Shown one piece after another: positions 41,465-53,865 of a stretch of DNA of 64,000 nucleotides; positions within the stretch are counted from its first letter, which is position 1, and the number at the start of each line of letters is the position of its first letter. The notes beneath the pieces were generated by a model. The model had not been told where the DNA came from. It ran no database searches and was given only the letters and a program-made list of their open reading frames with translations. Location: positions 3,123,779 to 3,187,778 of the forward strand of contig MU058718.1 in assembly GCA_013265495.1 (NCBI GenBank), given 5' to 3'. The translations under genes were made by a program, and so were the position numbers. The DNA is from Vicugna vicugna. Lineage: Eukaryota.

Positions 41465-41707
41465 CCGCTGATACAGAAGAAAGGGCATGCCCTGAATCAC
41501 TCTCTGATTCACTGAGATGGTGGTGACAAACTCCAGAACCTTCCAAAGAGACCAGCGATGCAGTAGAATGAGCTCTTCTAAGAGTCTGGGACGGGGAGTT
41601 TAACCCCCTGAGAGGCGAGCAGAAGACGGATAACTGCTCTAACGTGAAAAGAGGAGAGTGGCCATCTCGGGATCTCAGTTCCTGTTCCAGGGCAAATGCT
41701 TCTGGTC
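41465..41707 (-). CDS. Candidate coding exon 'D' (G-PEAFALEQELRSRDGHSPLF...RRAHSTASLVSLEGSGVCHHHLSESESDSGHALSSVSA)
   Basis: Acceptor ggtgttactag| and donor GCGG|gtgggt. 243 nt, phase 1 to 1, fully open. Lies inside ORF-track entry 41373..41831. Confidence 0.6.
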
Positions 41708-43309
41708 CTAGTAACACCGCCAACCAAAAGGGGCCAAGACTTAAGGTCCACATGCAAGAGGAGCTCCACCAGAGGTGAGATGAAGCCCCCAGCATGGCAG
41801 GTGGACTTCCAGGTAGGGAGGGCTGCAGCACATGGCTCCTTCATAGGGCGGAGAGGCGTGTTGTGTACCCAGGTAAGCAAAGAGCCAGAGAGGCTCCGAT
41901 GAGGACCCAAAGCCTGGAGACCTGTGAGGATGTAGGAAGGAAGCAACTCCCAGAAAGGACTGGTTTATCTCCATTTTATAAGGTGACCATATCCTGAGCC
42001 TGGACCATATCCTGAATCAGTCAGAGATAAACAAGTCCAGAATCTCAGTGACCCAGCACAAGGGTTTCTAGCTCGCTCACACTGCAGGTCCAACGCAGGC
42101 TGGGAGAGGGCTCTCCTTGCTATACTCACAGGGAGCCAGGCTGATGAAGGCTCCTGGTTCACCCAGCGCTGGGAAGGGGACTATGGGAACTGGACACCGG
42201 CTTATAAAGCTTCCTCCCAGAAGTGATGCACATCACTTCTACTCAGTCTCATTGGTCAAGGCAGATCATGTGGCCATACTTAACTTGAAAAGGGCAATGA
42301 AGTCCAATCCCACCATGTTCCTGGAGGGAAAGATTCATGAACAGTGCTAACGACTGCCCTCTACACTGCAGGGGGTCCTGCTGACCCAGAGGACAGGATC
42401 TACTGAATTCAGCTTGGAGAAAATGTTTTCTCCACAAATGCAAAACTGACTGAAAACTGATGCCTGCTTGATTTCACTTCATCGTTGAAGTATTGCCCGA
42501 ATAGTAAATGAAAAGATTCAGATTTAAAACATTTCTAAATGTTACTAATCAATTGTATTGCAACAAGTGGTTAAATGGTAAATTCTCCTTGGCTAATTCT
42601 TCCCAGAACACTTGAACAGAGCAGGTTCCTCCCTCTCTTCCTCTCTCACTTCACCTTGTTAATTCCCTTCATAGAATTTATCATTATTTGTAATCATTCA
42701 TTTTTCTATGTACTTGTTTATTTAAAATTTTTCAATAAATTGGAGTAATTTCTATCCTAATTATAGAAGATTTAAAATATATAAATATCATTCTCTAACT
42801 ACTGTTTGCCATCCTTGGCTCATTAAATTGGTCATTCTGAGTGCTCAATAAATCATTACCACTGTTGCAGCTGATGATGATAATATGGGAAAAATACATG
42901 TTCTACTGCCATTTCATGAAATAAACAGAATTATGCATATTAGTGGATCCTTAATTAATTCAGTGAATAATTTAGGTTTATGATGAATTTGGGTCATTAA
43001 AAAAAAACAGTTCACTTAAATTCAATATCCTCTTATTAAGGGTATAAGAATAGACTTTGATAAAATAGGTACTGAAAGCAGAGCCAGCAAAAAATCTTTC
43101 CCTTCCAGATCATGACTAAAATTATCAAAAGAATATTAAAGTAGAGGAAAACCCACATTGGCCCTGGAAACCAGGAAGAAGTACCATCAGTATGCCACGA
43201 CTTCAAGGAATTCCTAATTGATTGAAGATGGAAGCAAATTAAAGGAAAGCCCTAGGTGATGATGTGGAAACTTCCTTATTGAAAAGAACAGGATTTTTCA
43301 AGAAATAAG

Positions 43310-43805
43310 CAAAGGGAACTCGTACACAAATGTTCGTGTCAGCATCATTCATAACAGCCAAAAGGGAGAAACAACTCAAATGCCCAGCAGACAAATGGAT
43401 AAACAAAATCTGGTATATTTATATGATGAAATATTATCTGTCTGTAAAGGAAATGAAGTTTGATACATGCTAAGCACGGATGAATCTTAAAAACATTATG
43501 CTAAGTGGAAGAAGCCACACACTGTGATTCCATTCATATGAAAGTCCAGGTTAGGGAAATTCATAAAGACAGAAAGTACATCAGTGGTTGCTTAGGGGTT
43601 GGGAAGCAGGGAGTGGGGAAGTGGGGGTGATAGTTAAAGAGTATGTGTTTCTAAGGTGATGAAAGTGTTCTAAAATCTGGGGTGGTGATGGTTTGGTATA
43701 TTCTGTACATATACAAAAAATCATCGCATTGTATATTTTAAATGGGTGAATTGCATAAGGTATGAATTAGATCTCAATAAAGCTATTAAAAATTAAAAAG
43801 AAAAA
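43310..43805 (+). mobile_element. Old L1 3' end
   Basis: gtacacaaatgttcgtgtcagcatcattcataacagccaaaa...gaattagatctcaataaagct. Confidence 0.85.
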
Positions 43806-46800
43806 CAATACAATTCTCTCCAAATCCTTAATAGTTTCTATTTTACTTGCTTCCAGGAAGTTCTGTATGTCAGTAACTACATCCAAATTTCTTTCGTATT
43901 AGACGTAACTCTCAAATCTAACTTACTTTTTTCGCACTCAACTCCTTTCTACTCTTTCTCAATTTAATGCTGGCTATTTGGGGAGGATATACAACACCCT
44001 TAATAAATCCTTGCCTTGAGAATGAGTCTTCGAGGGATTTAACTCCTCAAAATCTGTTTCCAACTTGGTTTCTTGCCCTTTGAGCTCTAAAGGCAGTCAA
44101 CTTTTCCTACTTGAAAAGCCCCAAATTTCTGGACTCTATTTTCCTTCTTTCCTGCTTTCAAGACAGACAGTTCTTGCCTGAGCCCTTGCTCCTAAAACCT
44201 TGCAAAATGCAGCCACGTCCACTAGCAGACAGCACTGACATTCTTTTATCCAATTTCTTCCCATAGAACTCTGGGCTCATTCAGCACTTTGTCTACCTTT
44301 CCAGTTATCACTGACAAAATTTCTCTAAAACATTTTGCCATTGTACACCATGGGTCTCCATCCTTTAGCCTTCAATACCAGTTTCCTTGCTGCCCACTCC
44401 CCAGCTAGTGAGACAGTATTATATGTTGTGGTTTTGTTGTCATGATAGCACCCACTTTCTTGACCGTTTCTTGCATTCGTTCACACCAGCTGCTGTGCCA
44501 TGAGCAACTGGGTGGCTTTATGTAATAGAAGTTTATGGCTGTCTTACATATAATCCAACTGACAGTGCAGAGGCTCTGCCTCGTGCAGGTATTTGAGGTC
44601 TCAGACTAGCAGAGACTCTGCCCTTTCCCCCATGGTTTACAGTGTTGCCTTGGGCACTGCCACGCAGACCAGAGGAGCAGAGGAATCATTGACTTCACTT
44701 TCACCATATTCTTTTAGCCAGAACTGCCACACAACCACACTTAACACCAAGGGGAACTGGGGGCCCAGGAAGAAAACCAAATGGGCTTGGAGATGGCCAG
44801 ACTGTGTCTGAACTAGTTCTATTAATTCCAGAGACTTTCACATCGGTCTAAACAAAAAGATCAACAAAATATCTATACTTTCAATGAGAGAAACTTTAAA
44901 TAAATATGATATAGAAAATTTTAAATTATAAGGATGACTAAAGACATACCAAAAATACACACAAAGAGAAAGAAAGGTGGTCATATTAACATCAGACAAC
45001 AGGTACCAAGGCAATTGACATTAAATAGAAAAAGCACTGGAGGAAATGAACTGCTACATCAGACTGTGTAAAGTGACAATTGGAGGTATAAGAAAAAAAG
45101 ATGGTAGAAACAGTACAGTAGTGAAGACTTTAACGGACTATTTTTTAGTTCCTGACAGATTATAAAACCAAAAACAAAGAAGCAGAGTATTTAAATATTT
45201 CATAAAGTTAATTTAAAGTACTGTTCCTTCAAATTGAGAATGCACATTTCCTTTAGCATGTGCAGAAATGTGCACCATTCTCAGCCACCAAGAAAACCCC
45301 CTAGTCATATTGCAATGAAATTAGAAGAAATATACTTAACAAAAAAATTTACATTCTCATAATACATGTACACATAAGAAAAAGCTATAAACCTAAAACC
45401 AAAATTCCACTCCCTTATGTAACTCTTGTGTCTAAATGATGAAAATAACCATGATACTTAAATTCCCTAGGCTTCAGGGAACAGAAAGAAATCAAACTAT
45501 TGATTTATAGGTGGCTGCATTACTGGATAGAACCGTGAGGATACAGGGAGGACTAGGGAGGTGGGCTCTAGCAGATATCTAACAGGAGGACCCGCTGTAG
45601 AAGTCTAAGCGGGAGATGACCAGAGCGGGGGACCAGCAGACTGAGCGTGTGGATTTCACCTCAGTGCTCCACCATGAACCAGCTCAGGCACCCTCCACTG
45701 ACTGCTTCCTCCTGCATTCCTCCAGCTGGCTTCCTCCATCTCCATCTCTTGTCTTTACCCTACAGTTTCAGCTTTTTGGTGAATGTGCCCTAAACGAGGT
45801 CCTTTAGGACCTCCCTACTCTTGCACTGTAAGAGGACTTTTCAATTCTGCTTCTGCTGTGCTGTCTCTTCTGAGTGTTTCTGAATTTAAATTCTTAAGAC
45901 ATGGACTCTCATTCGTGAGCTCATCCTTCGCTTATGAGAGCACATCTTAGGTCCCTGGCCAGCCGGTGGATTCTCTGGGGCCTCTATGTACCTCTCACCC
46001 AACAGGCACAGACTGAGGGGAGGAGGAACTAAATGGTATAAAATCCATAAAATGTGGATGCCTAATGGCTGCAAAGGTGAGTTGACTGCCCAGGAGGAGT
46101 CACAGGCATGGCAAGCCGGATTACAAGTGTTTGTTGAATAAACAAATGAGGAAACTGCTACGACCAGGTATTCTGCTAGATGCTAACTACATGGTGTGTG
46201 ACCCCTACAAATCACGATGCAGTTTTCCACAACCCGCATCTACAGACATGGAAAGGGATTCACAATACAATGTTGATTTTAAAAATCAGATTACAAACTG
46301 GATTTATTCTGTTTTTTGAAAAATAAAATGTTTGTGTGCATAAGAAAAAAATCTAACAAGATATAGAACACATGAACATGTTTAGCCGTGGTTTTCTCTA
46401 GTTGATTGGTTGGGTAATTTTAATTTCTTCTTAAATCGTTTTGAAGTGCCTGTACATATCTAACATTGAGCTTATACCAGTTTTTTTTTATAATCAGGAT
46501 AACAAAGCTATTTTTATTAAGGGATGGGGAGTCTTAAAATAGGTATACCTGGTGAACCTAGTAAACCCATTTCAAAGAATTTCTCCGAGGAGAATAATTG
46601 GAGTTACGCCCAAACATATTTTTACAAGAAAGTATAAAGGTTTTTTTTCTCTTTCTAAAAGGAGAAGCTATTGAACCTTTCTGAGGCTCCATGGTTTCTC
46701 TATAAACATGACTGGAAAATGTGGCTCCTTCACATTTTCTTGGATGGTCCCAAGAAAATCCTATAAAACAAGTCAAGCACTAGCTTTGAGACAAAATAAT

Positions 46801-46838
46801 GTATATGTATAGGTACGCATGGTTGGCAGTGCCCTCAC

Positions 46839-46999
46839 CACAGAAGTCAGGGAATTGGAATTGGGGATTGCTGGACTCCTTGCAGAGAAAAGCAGTTTTT
46901 TTCATGTCAATATCAGGAAGCATTTTTTCCTCCAGATATCTAGTATTCCTAAGCTTTTCTGTTATGAAAATTTGTTCCCGAAAAGGATCTGAAGCTAAT
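46839..46999 (-). CDS. Candidate coding exon 'C' of an unidentified minus-strand gene (LASDPFREQIFITEKLRNTRYLEEKMLPDIDMKKTAFLCKESSNPQFQFPDFC)
   Basis: Acceptor ttatctcttgcacttctgtaaag| and donor TGTG|gtgagg. 161 nt, open for 53 codons, ends in phase 1, matching the next exon. The internal aaaATGctt could be a start codon. Confidence 0.6.
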
Positions 47000-48109
47000 C
47001 TTTACAGAAGTGCAAGAGATAACAACGTGACTGTGCACTGGAACACCATAAAAATTCTTCCTCCTTTCATCTCGACACATGTATCAGGAAGCTTGAAATG
47101 TGATCCACAATCAGCATTTTAACAAGCACGCCAAATAATTTTTATGGAATGAGTCTTAAGATGACACTGTGAGAAATACTGCTTTAACATGCCATCTCAA
47201 GCACGGACATTTGCATTTTAACTAGACTGGAAGCCTCGACTTCAAGGAGTAAAGTCAATATTTCTGACAGCACGGTGGGCTAGAGACCCTGATCAATTCT
47301 ACTGCTGGAAACAACTAAAAACCCTGGATGCCTATTTTAGCATCTTTTAAAATTTGTTGATGAGCTGTCCAGAAAGGAAGACATTCTCTGAGGCCAAAAA
47401 GAAAAAAAGAAAACCAACCAAACAAACAAAAACAAACTAAATTTGAAGCCAGAAGCCTAAGCAGAGCACTTCGGTTGGCTTTTGCTCTCAGGGATGTGCC
47501 AACCCCGGGTAAAACTGAGTATCAGTTTCCATATTGCAAAGGGTTCAGGGAGAAAGACAGCCCACAGACAGTGGGGAGTCTAATAAGAGATCCCCACTGA
47601 CGCTGGAGTTCACACGGCTACATGCTCAGTTAAGAGCAGACTGGATGTAAGCCTGTCCCCATCCCTGGGTCATGGAAGGAAGAGTATCTTTCTCAAACTG
47701 TGGGGAGAGTGGGAGGGAGAAAAACTCTCCCTTCAATCTCCTTAACCACAAGCCAGATTTCATGTGGCTTCTTGCTACCTAGGTCAACAGGAATATTTGG
47801 TTTAAAGTGTTTTAGGGTCAGTGGTTGCCCAAAAGACCGGCAGAAGCAAGAGAAAATTCTCTCTGATGGAAATCATTTCTGACCCAGGTGCAAAATATTG
47901 CCAGTGATCAAGTTTTCAAAATGTGAGCTCTTATAATAAAAAAATCCCCATATACACACAAATATATAGAAGATGTCAATATCATACTGTATTACAGTAT
48001 CAATGAGTTCTGCAGACTTGATCTTTGATATACGTGCAGTTTCACCACCTCCATCTTCACCTCCCTCACCCTAGTTCAAATCATTATCATCTTTCACCTG
48101 TACTGTTTT

Positions 48110-50880
48110 CAGGTTCACAATTTTAGATACATAATATATGAACAAAGAATTCTAAAGCATAGTATTAAAAGTGCTGTTTTAGAACAGCATTAAAAATATA
48201 GAACTATATATCTAATAAAAAATGTGCAAGGCCTTCATAGAGAAAATTACAAAATGTTATTTCAAAGATAAAAAATAAATAAATGTAGCATTGGATCATG
48301 TTGCAAATTGGTTAACTCAATATTGTAAAGATGCCAATTCTCCTAAAATGTATAAATTCAAAGCAAGGCAAATCAAAATCCCAAGAGATTTATTTTTAAC
48401 TTTTCCCTTTTGTATGCATATGGGAAGGTATATAACTACACAAGCTGTATTTAAAATGCACATGGAAGTACAAAGAACTAAAAGTAGTGAGGATTATCTT
48501 GGTAAAAAAAATTGGGAGAGGAAAAATTTTCCTAATAGTATATCAAGAATTATTATAAATAAACAAATGGGACCTAATGAAACTTACAAGCTTCTGCAGA
48601 GCAAAGGAAACCAGAAATAAAACAAGAAGAAAACCTACGGAATGGGAGAAAATTTTTGCAAGTGAAACCGACGAAGGCTTGATCTCCAAAATACATAAGC
48701 AGCTCATACGACTCAATAAGAAAAAAATAAACAACCCAATCCAAAAATGGGCAGAAGACCTAAACAAGCAATTCTCCAAGGAAGACATACAAATGATCAA
48801 AAAGCACATGAAAAAATGCTCAATATCACTAATTATCAGAGAAATGCAAATCAAAACTACAATGAGGTATCACCTCACACCAGTCAGAATGGCCGTCATT
48901 CAAAAATCCAAAAATGACAAATGCTGGAGAGGCTGTGGAGAAAGGGGAACCCTCCTACACTGCTGGTGGGAATGCAGTTTGGTGCAGCCACTATGGAAAA
49001 CAGTGTGGAGATTCCTCAAAAGACTAGGAATAGACTTACCATATGACCCAGGAATCCCACTCCTGGGCTTGTACCCAGAAGGAAATCTACTTCAGGATGA
49101 CACCTGCACCCCAATGTTCATAGCAGCACTATTTACAATAGCCAAAACATGGAAACAGCCTAAATGTCCATCAATAGGTGACTGGATAAAGAAGAGGTGG
49201 TATATTTATACAATGGAATACTACTCAGCCATAAAAACCGACAACATAATGCCATTTGCAGCAACATGGATGCTCCTAGAGAATGTCATTCTAAGTGAAG
49301 TAAGCCAGAAAGAGAAAGAAAAATACCATATGAGATCGCTCATATGTGGAATCTAAAAAACAAAAACAAACAAACAAACAAAAACAAAGCATAAATACAG
49401 GACAGAAATAGACTCATGGACAGAGAATACAGACTTGTGGTTACCAGGGGGGTAGAGGGTGGGAAGGGATAGACTGGGATTTCAAAATTGTAGAATAGAT
49501 AAACAAGATTACACTGTATAGCACAGGGAAATATACACAAAATGTTATGATAACTCAGAGAGAAAAAAATGTGAAAAAAAAGAATTATTATATAGCTACC
49601 TCAAAGCAATTGTGTATGAGTAACGGAAAAAACAGAACAGAGCACGCGTGTAGTTTACAGCAGAGAGAGACTGCAGAACAGAAAAGAAAGGATGCACTTC
49701 TTGAAAAAAATGGTACTGGAACAATTGGAAATCCATAAGGAAAACCAATCAAATTGGATCTCTTCCTCACGGCTTACGTTAAAATCAATTTCCAGGTGAA
49801 TTAGATACATAAGAGAGAAAGGCAACACTTTAACATTTGTAGAAAAAAAAATAGAATATCTTTATGATCGTGGGACAGGAAAAAATTTTTTTAAATAAGG
49901 TTTAAAAGCACAAACCTTAAAGGAAAGCCTTGGCAAACACCAACGATACTAGAATTAAGTACTTCCATACATCGAAGGGCATCATGTAGAGAATAAAAGG
50001 ACAAACCACCCAACTGGGAGAAGACATTTGCAACAGACACAGCTGACCACAGTTTAATGTTCACAATCTATAAAGAGATTCTACAAATTAAAAAAAAAAG
50101 GAAAACAATCAAAGCTTGAACAGACATCACAGAAGAGAAAATGCGCCAATAAAGTTGAAAATATCAGCCTAGTCGTAGTAAGAAAAATGCAAATTAATAA
50201 TGCAAAAATAATTATAGTATTTCATGCCTACCAGAAAGGCAAAAATTAAAAATTCTGAAAAAAAGCAAGTATTGGTGATGATTTCAACACTTACCACTGG
50301 TGGAAATTCAAATGGGTGCAATCACTTTGGAAAATAATTTGGCATTTTCTGACAAATTTGAAGATGCACAAGCCCTGTGATTCCACATCTTCCCTCCTAG
50401 GAATAAACCCACAGAAACTCTTGCACATAAGTACCAGAAGACCCATGCAAGAATACTCTCAGGAACACCGTTTAGGGATAGTAAAAAATCTAGAAAAAAT
50501 ATCATCCGTTGTAGAATAAAGTTTAAATTGTGGCATGTTCATTCAGTACAATTACAGCAATGAGACAACTGAATGGCAGACACAAGAACATGAATGAAGC
50601 AAGAAACACCAGTGATTTTTCAAGGCTGTAGAACACAGTATAATTCCACTTAGATAAAGTTCAAATATAAGGAAAACCAAATAATATGTTTCGGAGACAA
50701 ATAAACATGAAAGGTAAAATCTTAAACAAAAGCAAGGTGATGACCAACGTGAAATCAGGGTAACAGTTTTCTCTGAGAAGGAAGAGCAGGCAAAGAAAGG
50801 ACTTCTAAGATAAACTATTTTTCATAAACCAGTACACGGAATCATTGTTCTGTCTTATATATGTTTTATGTATCTATTTT
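48110..50880 (+). mobile_element. Old degraded L1 ORF2/3' region hosting a nested young L1
   Basis: ORF2-like motifs before 48545 resume after 49592 (aagaattattatatagctac; attggatctcttcctcac; gtgcaatcactttggaaaat). Confidence 0.75.
48558..49579 (+). mobile_element. Young camelid L1, truncated at both 5' and 3' ends, uninterrupted ORF2 C-terminus (259 codons in ORF track)
   Basis: Perfect 13-bp TSD aagaattattata (48545-48557, 49580-49592). ORF 48577..49356 is the typical ORF2 C-terminal region (…LLHCWWEC…[20 protein letters not shown]…). Confidence 0.95.
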
Positions 50881-52469
50881 GTAACTTTCATTTTGAAGCT
50901 ACTTTCAGATATTACATACTCCTCAAAACAGTGAATTTCTCTAGGGTATTTCAAGCTTTTATAAGAAATTGGGAAAGAGATTGAAGAGGGATTCTGAGAA
51001 CCTTCTCATCTCTGTGACCTGTGGGTATGAAAAAGGGTAAGTCCCTCTGACTCTCCTGATCTCTCGCCTTTTTAAAAACCTGGAGTTCAAAAAACTCCCC
51101 AAGTCTCCCACAGCCATTTGAAGCCATTCTTTTCAAGGCCATCGTGGCCTAGGTCACCCCAGTCTTTGTAAATGAACACATTTACCTACATAATGTTCGC
51201 CAAACGAGTATAAAAACCCTCAATGGGCAGTGCCAACTCGTCTTAGCAGAATTCGCCCAGACCTCATCCCACTGGCCCACCGACTTTCCTGGTTATTCAA
51301 ACACCCTCATGTCGACCCAGTTGCCATTAGCTCGGCTCTTGTGATGGGCGACCTGGTTGGGCCACATGTTTCTGCCTCATCTTCAGCATCTCTCTAACTG
51401 CCGCTCTTTCAGCCTGTCCTCCAGTCCATTCCTGAGCCTCATGCACCCACCATCTCAACTGACAAACGCACTTGGGAGGAACAATTCCGGCCCCCTCAGA
51501 CACCCACCTCCCCACCCCAAAGACAGAGGAGAGCAGTTGCTTCAAGTTCACCATAATATAGTGATTTCACATCAGTACGTCTGCCAGCGTCCCCCATTCA
51601 AGCCCTGTTGACATTAGCAAGTTGAATACTTCCACCAGGAAGTTCCAAACAATGGAAAAACTCTTCAGAGAAATTGATGACTGGGTTACTTTTGGCCTAA
51701 GCTGGGGGTAGGATGGGCACCCCAGAGCACCCGTCCAAGCACCACCTGATCTGGTCCTCTTCCTCTCTGAGTTCAGAATGTTCCTCACAGAGGGACCTTG
51801 TATCTAACAGACTGCTGCCCAAGGAACTTGTTGCTACAACAGAAACTCCCAAACCATGGAAACTGTTTGTGTCGGCCAGATCCAAAGCTCAGCGATACAC
51901 ACAGCTGAAAAATCAAGTTGCCTTAATCTTGCATTTTTGGCTCATTTTGCCTGGCCACATCCTAAAACTAAATGAGTTGAATTACAAAATGAAAAATAAA
52001 TTTCATCCGTGGGAACTGTTGCTATTGTCACTGAAAACAAAGGGAAGGTATTTGTCTGCCATGTCTTGGAAGGGGGTGAAGTCATTGTTTTAGAAGAAAA
52101 GATCAGACTTAAACTCCTGCCATATACAGAAAAATGAAGTTGGTTGTTTAATTAGACTCCCCGGTAAAAGGTCTCTTATTATTTTAAACTGTGTTTTAAA
52201 ATATCAAGGCCAGGGAAGCCTTTCTGGGGAACAATTTGAAAATGTGTATTTAAATTCTTTAAAATGTGTATAATTTTACCCAGGAGTTCCAATTCTAGGA
52301 ATAATTATGAAAGTGCCCCCAAAGAATTATCTGCATGGGTATTTAGTGCTGCATTACTTTTAACAGTGAGAGGGGAAAAAAAAAAACCTTTAGATGCCCA
52401 ACTTAGGAAATTGGTTAAATAAATTACTGCATACTAAAAGTGTTCTTTAAAATCTACATCGCCCCCTGG

Positions 52470-52900
52470 ATTAACCAAATCTCTCTATTCTTCACATAAA
52501 CGTATTGTCTGATGCCCCAGCGTGGCGAATCCCTACCACCGGTAGGCTCTCTTTGGCTACCCCACACACTTGGACTCCCACTACATGAGTTGCATGCTCA
52601 CCATGAATCAGTTGTGTTTGTTCCCAAACCTGTTTATGCTGCCATGGTTTTTACTGTAATTATGTGATTTAACTAAATAATATGTACACCAATGAAATGA
52701 CAGAAGAGAGATTTTTCTTTGTCAAGATGCTGTATTGAATGTTCTAGAAAGACTGGATAAAGTTGAGAGAACCAAAAAAAAAAAATGCTGTTGAGTTAGT
52801 TGATAGTGGACAATTGCAAAATATTAAGGGAGAAAACTGTAATAATGCCAGAGTCTTTTCTTTAGATTGGTAAATATATCTTAAGCTGCAATAAATGGAT
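52470..52900 (+). mobile_element. Tigger-like DNA-transposon fossil
   Basis: Degenerate transposase N-terminus (ttgaatgttctagaaagactggataaa, approximately LNVLERLDK). Confidence 0.55.
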
Positions 52901-52959
52901 TGGGGGATGTTGTAAGTTAAAATAAAAGGTTTAAGTTACTCTGATCAAATTGGATGTGA

Positions 52960-53372
52960 CATTACTGAACATCCATATGGTAGAATACTAGTCAGCTGTT
53001 ACAAGTTAGTATGCAACTCCACGGATGGACTTAGAGGGTGTTATGCTAACTGAAGTATGTCAGACAGAGAAAGATAAACACTGAATGATACCACTTATAT
53101 GTAGAATCTAAAAAAAATACAACTAGTGGATATAACAAAAAAAAAGAACCAGACCTACAGATATAGAGAACAAACGAGTGGTTTTGGGAGGCAGGGGCGG
53201 GAATGTAGGGGTTGGGGAGTCGGAGGCACAAACCACTGGGTGTAGGACAGCCTCCAGGATGTCCTATACCATGTGGGGAACACAGCCAATATTTTGTAAC
53301 AACTGTACATGTAAAGTAAACTTTAAAAGTATATTTTAAAAAATTTAAAAACAAAGTAAAAAAAATTAAAAA
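52960..53372 (+). mobile_element. L1 3' end (older artiodactyl-type subfamily)
   Basis: gatggacttagagggtgttatgctaactgaag...acagccaatattttgtaacaactgta plus A-rich tail. Confidence 0.85.
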
Positions 53373-53665
53373 TAAACTCTTTAATTCAGACTAACTTTTC
53401 CTCTTGTTAGTCCTTATTAAAATAGACCTTCTTATAGCATAAAAGTTCTCCAATGGTAAGAGTTGCCTTATTTTTCAATAATCAGTTTAGATTGATCATG
53501 GGCAACTCACAGTCTCTGTTTTTTGGTTCTCTACCTTGATTACCAAGTTTTCTTAGCTTGCTGTTTCCTAGGTAAAGGAGAAGGACATTGAGGCATGGGG
53601 TTGTAGGCGCTGCTGAAATTATGCAACTTGAAAGGTCAGTATAAATACCAGCCATGAAGTTTCTA

Positions 53666-53865
53666 ACAGGGGGACCAGCAAAATATGCCCTGTGGGTCAT
53701 ACTGGGACTACTGCCTGTTTTTGTGTGACCCACAAGCTAAGTTGTTGTTAACATTTTTCAATGGTTGGAAAAAAAAACAACAAACAGGAGAATATTTCAT
53801 GACTCATGAAAATTCTGTGACATTCAGACTTCAGTGCCCATAAATAAAGTTTTATTGGAACATAA
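53666..53865 (+). mobile_element. MER58-like hAT-Charlie fragment
   Basis: ctgcctgtttttgt...tgaaaattctgtgacattcagacttcagtgcccataaataaagttttattggaaca. Confidence 0.7.

Noticed and set aside
41985..42015. 13-bp direct repeat gaccatatcctga x2
   Set aside because: Simple local tandem duplication at the edge of an old LTR-like fossil; two units only, not an array.
48577..49356. 259-aa ORF, the longest in the window
   Set aside because: L1 ORF2 C-terminal fragment of a truncated insertion, lacking EN/RT domains and promoter; not a host gene.
51500..51965. Unique island with protein-like stretches (LCEEHSELREEEDQIRWC; MEKLFREIDDW) and minus-strand acceptors
   Set aside because: Every frame I read contains stops and no family is recognisable; a decayed exon or pseudogene cannot be supported without BLASTX.
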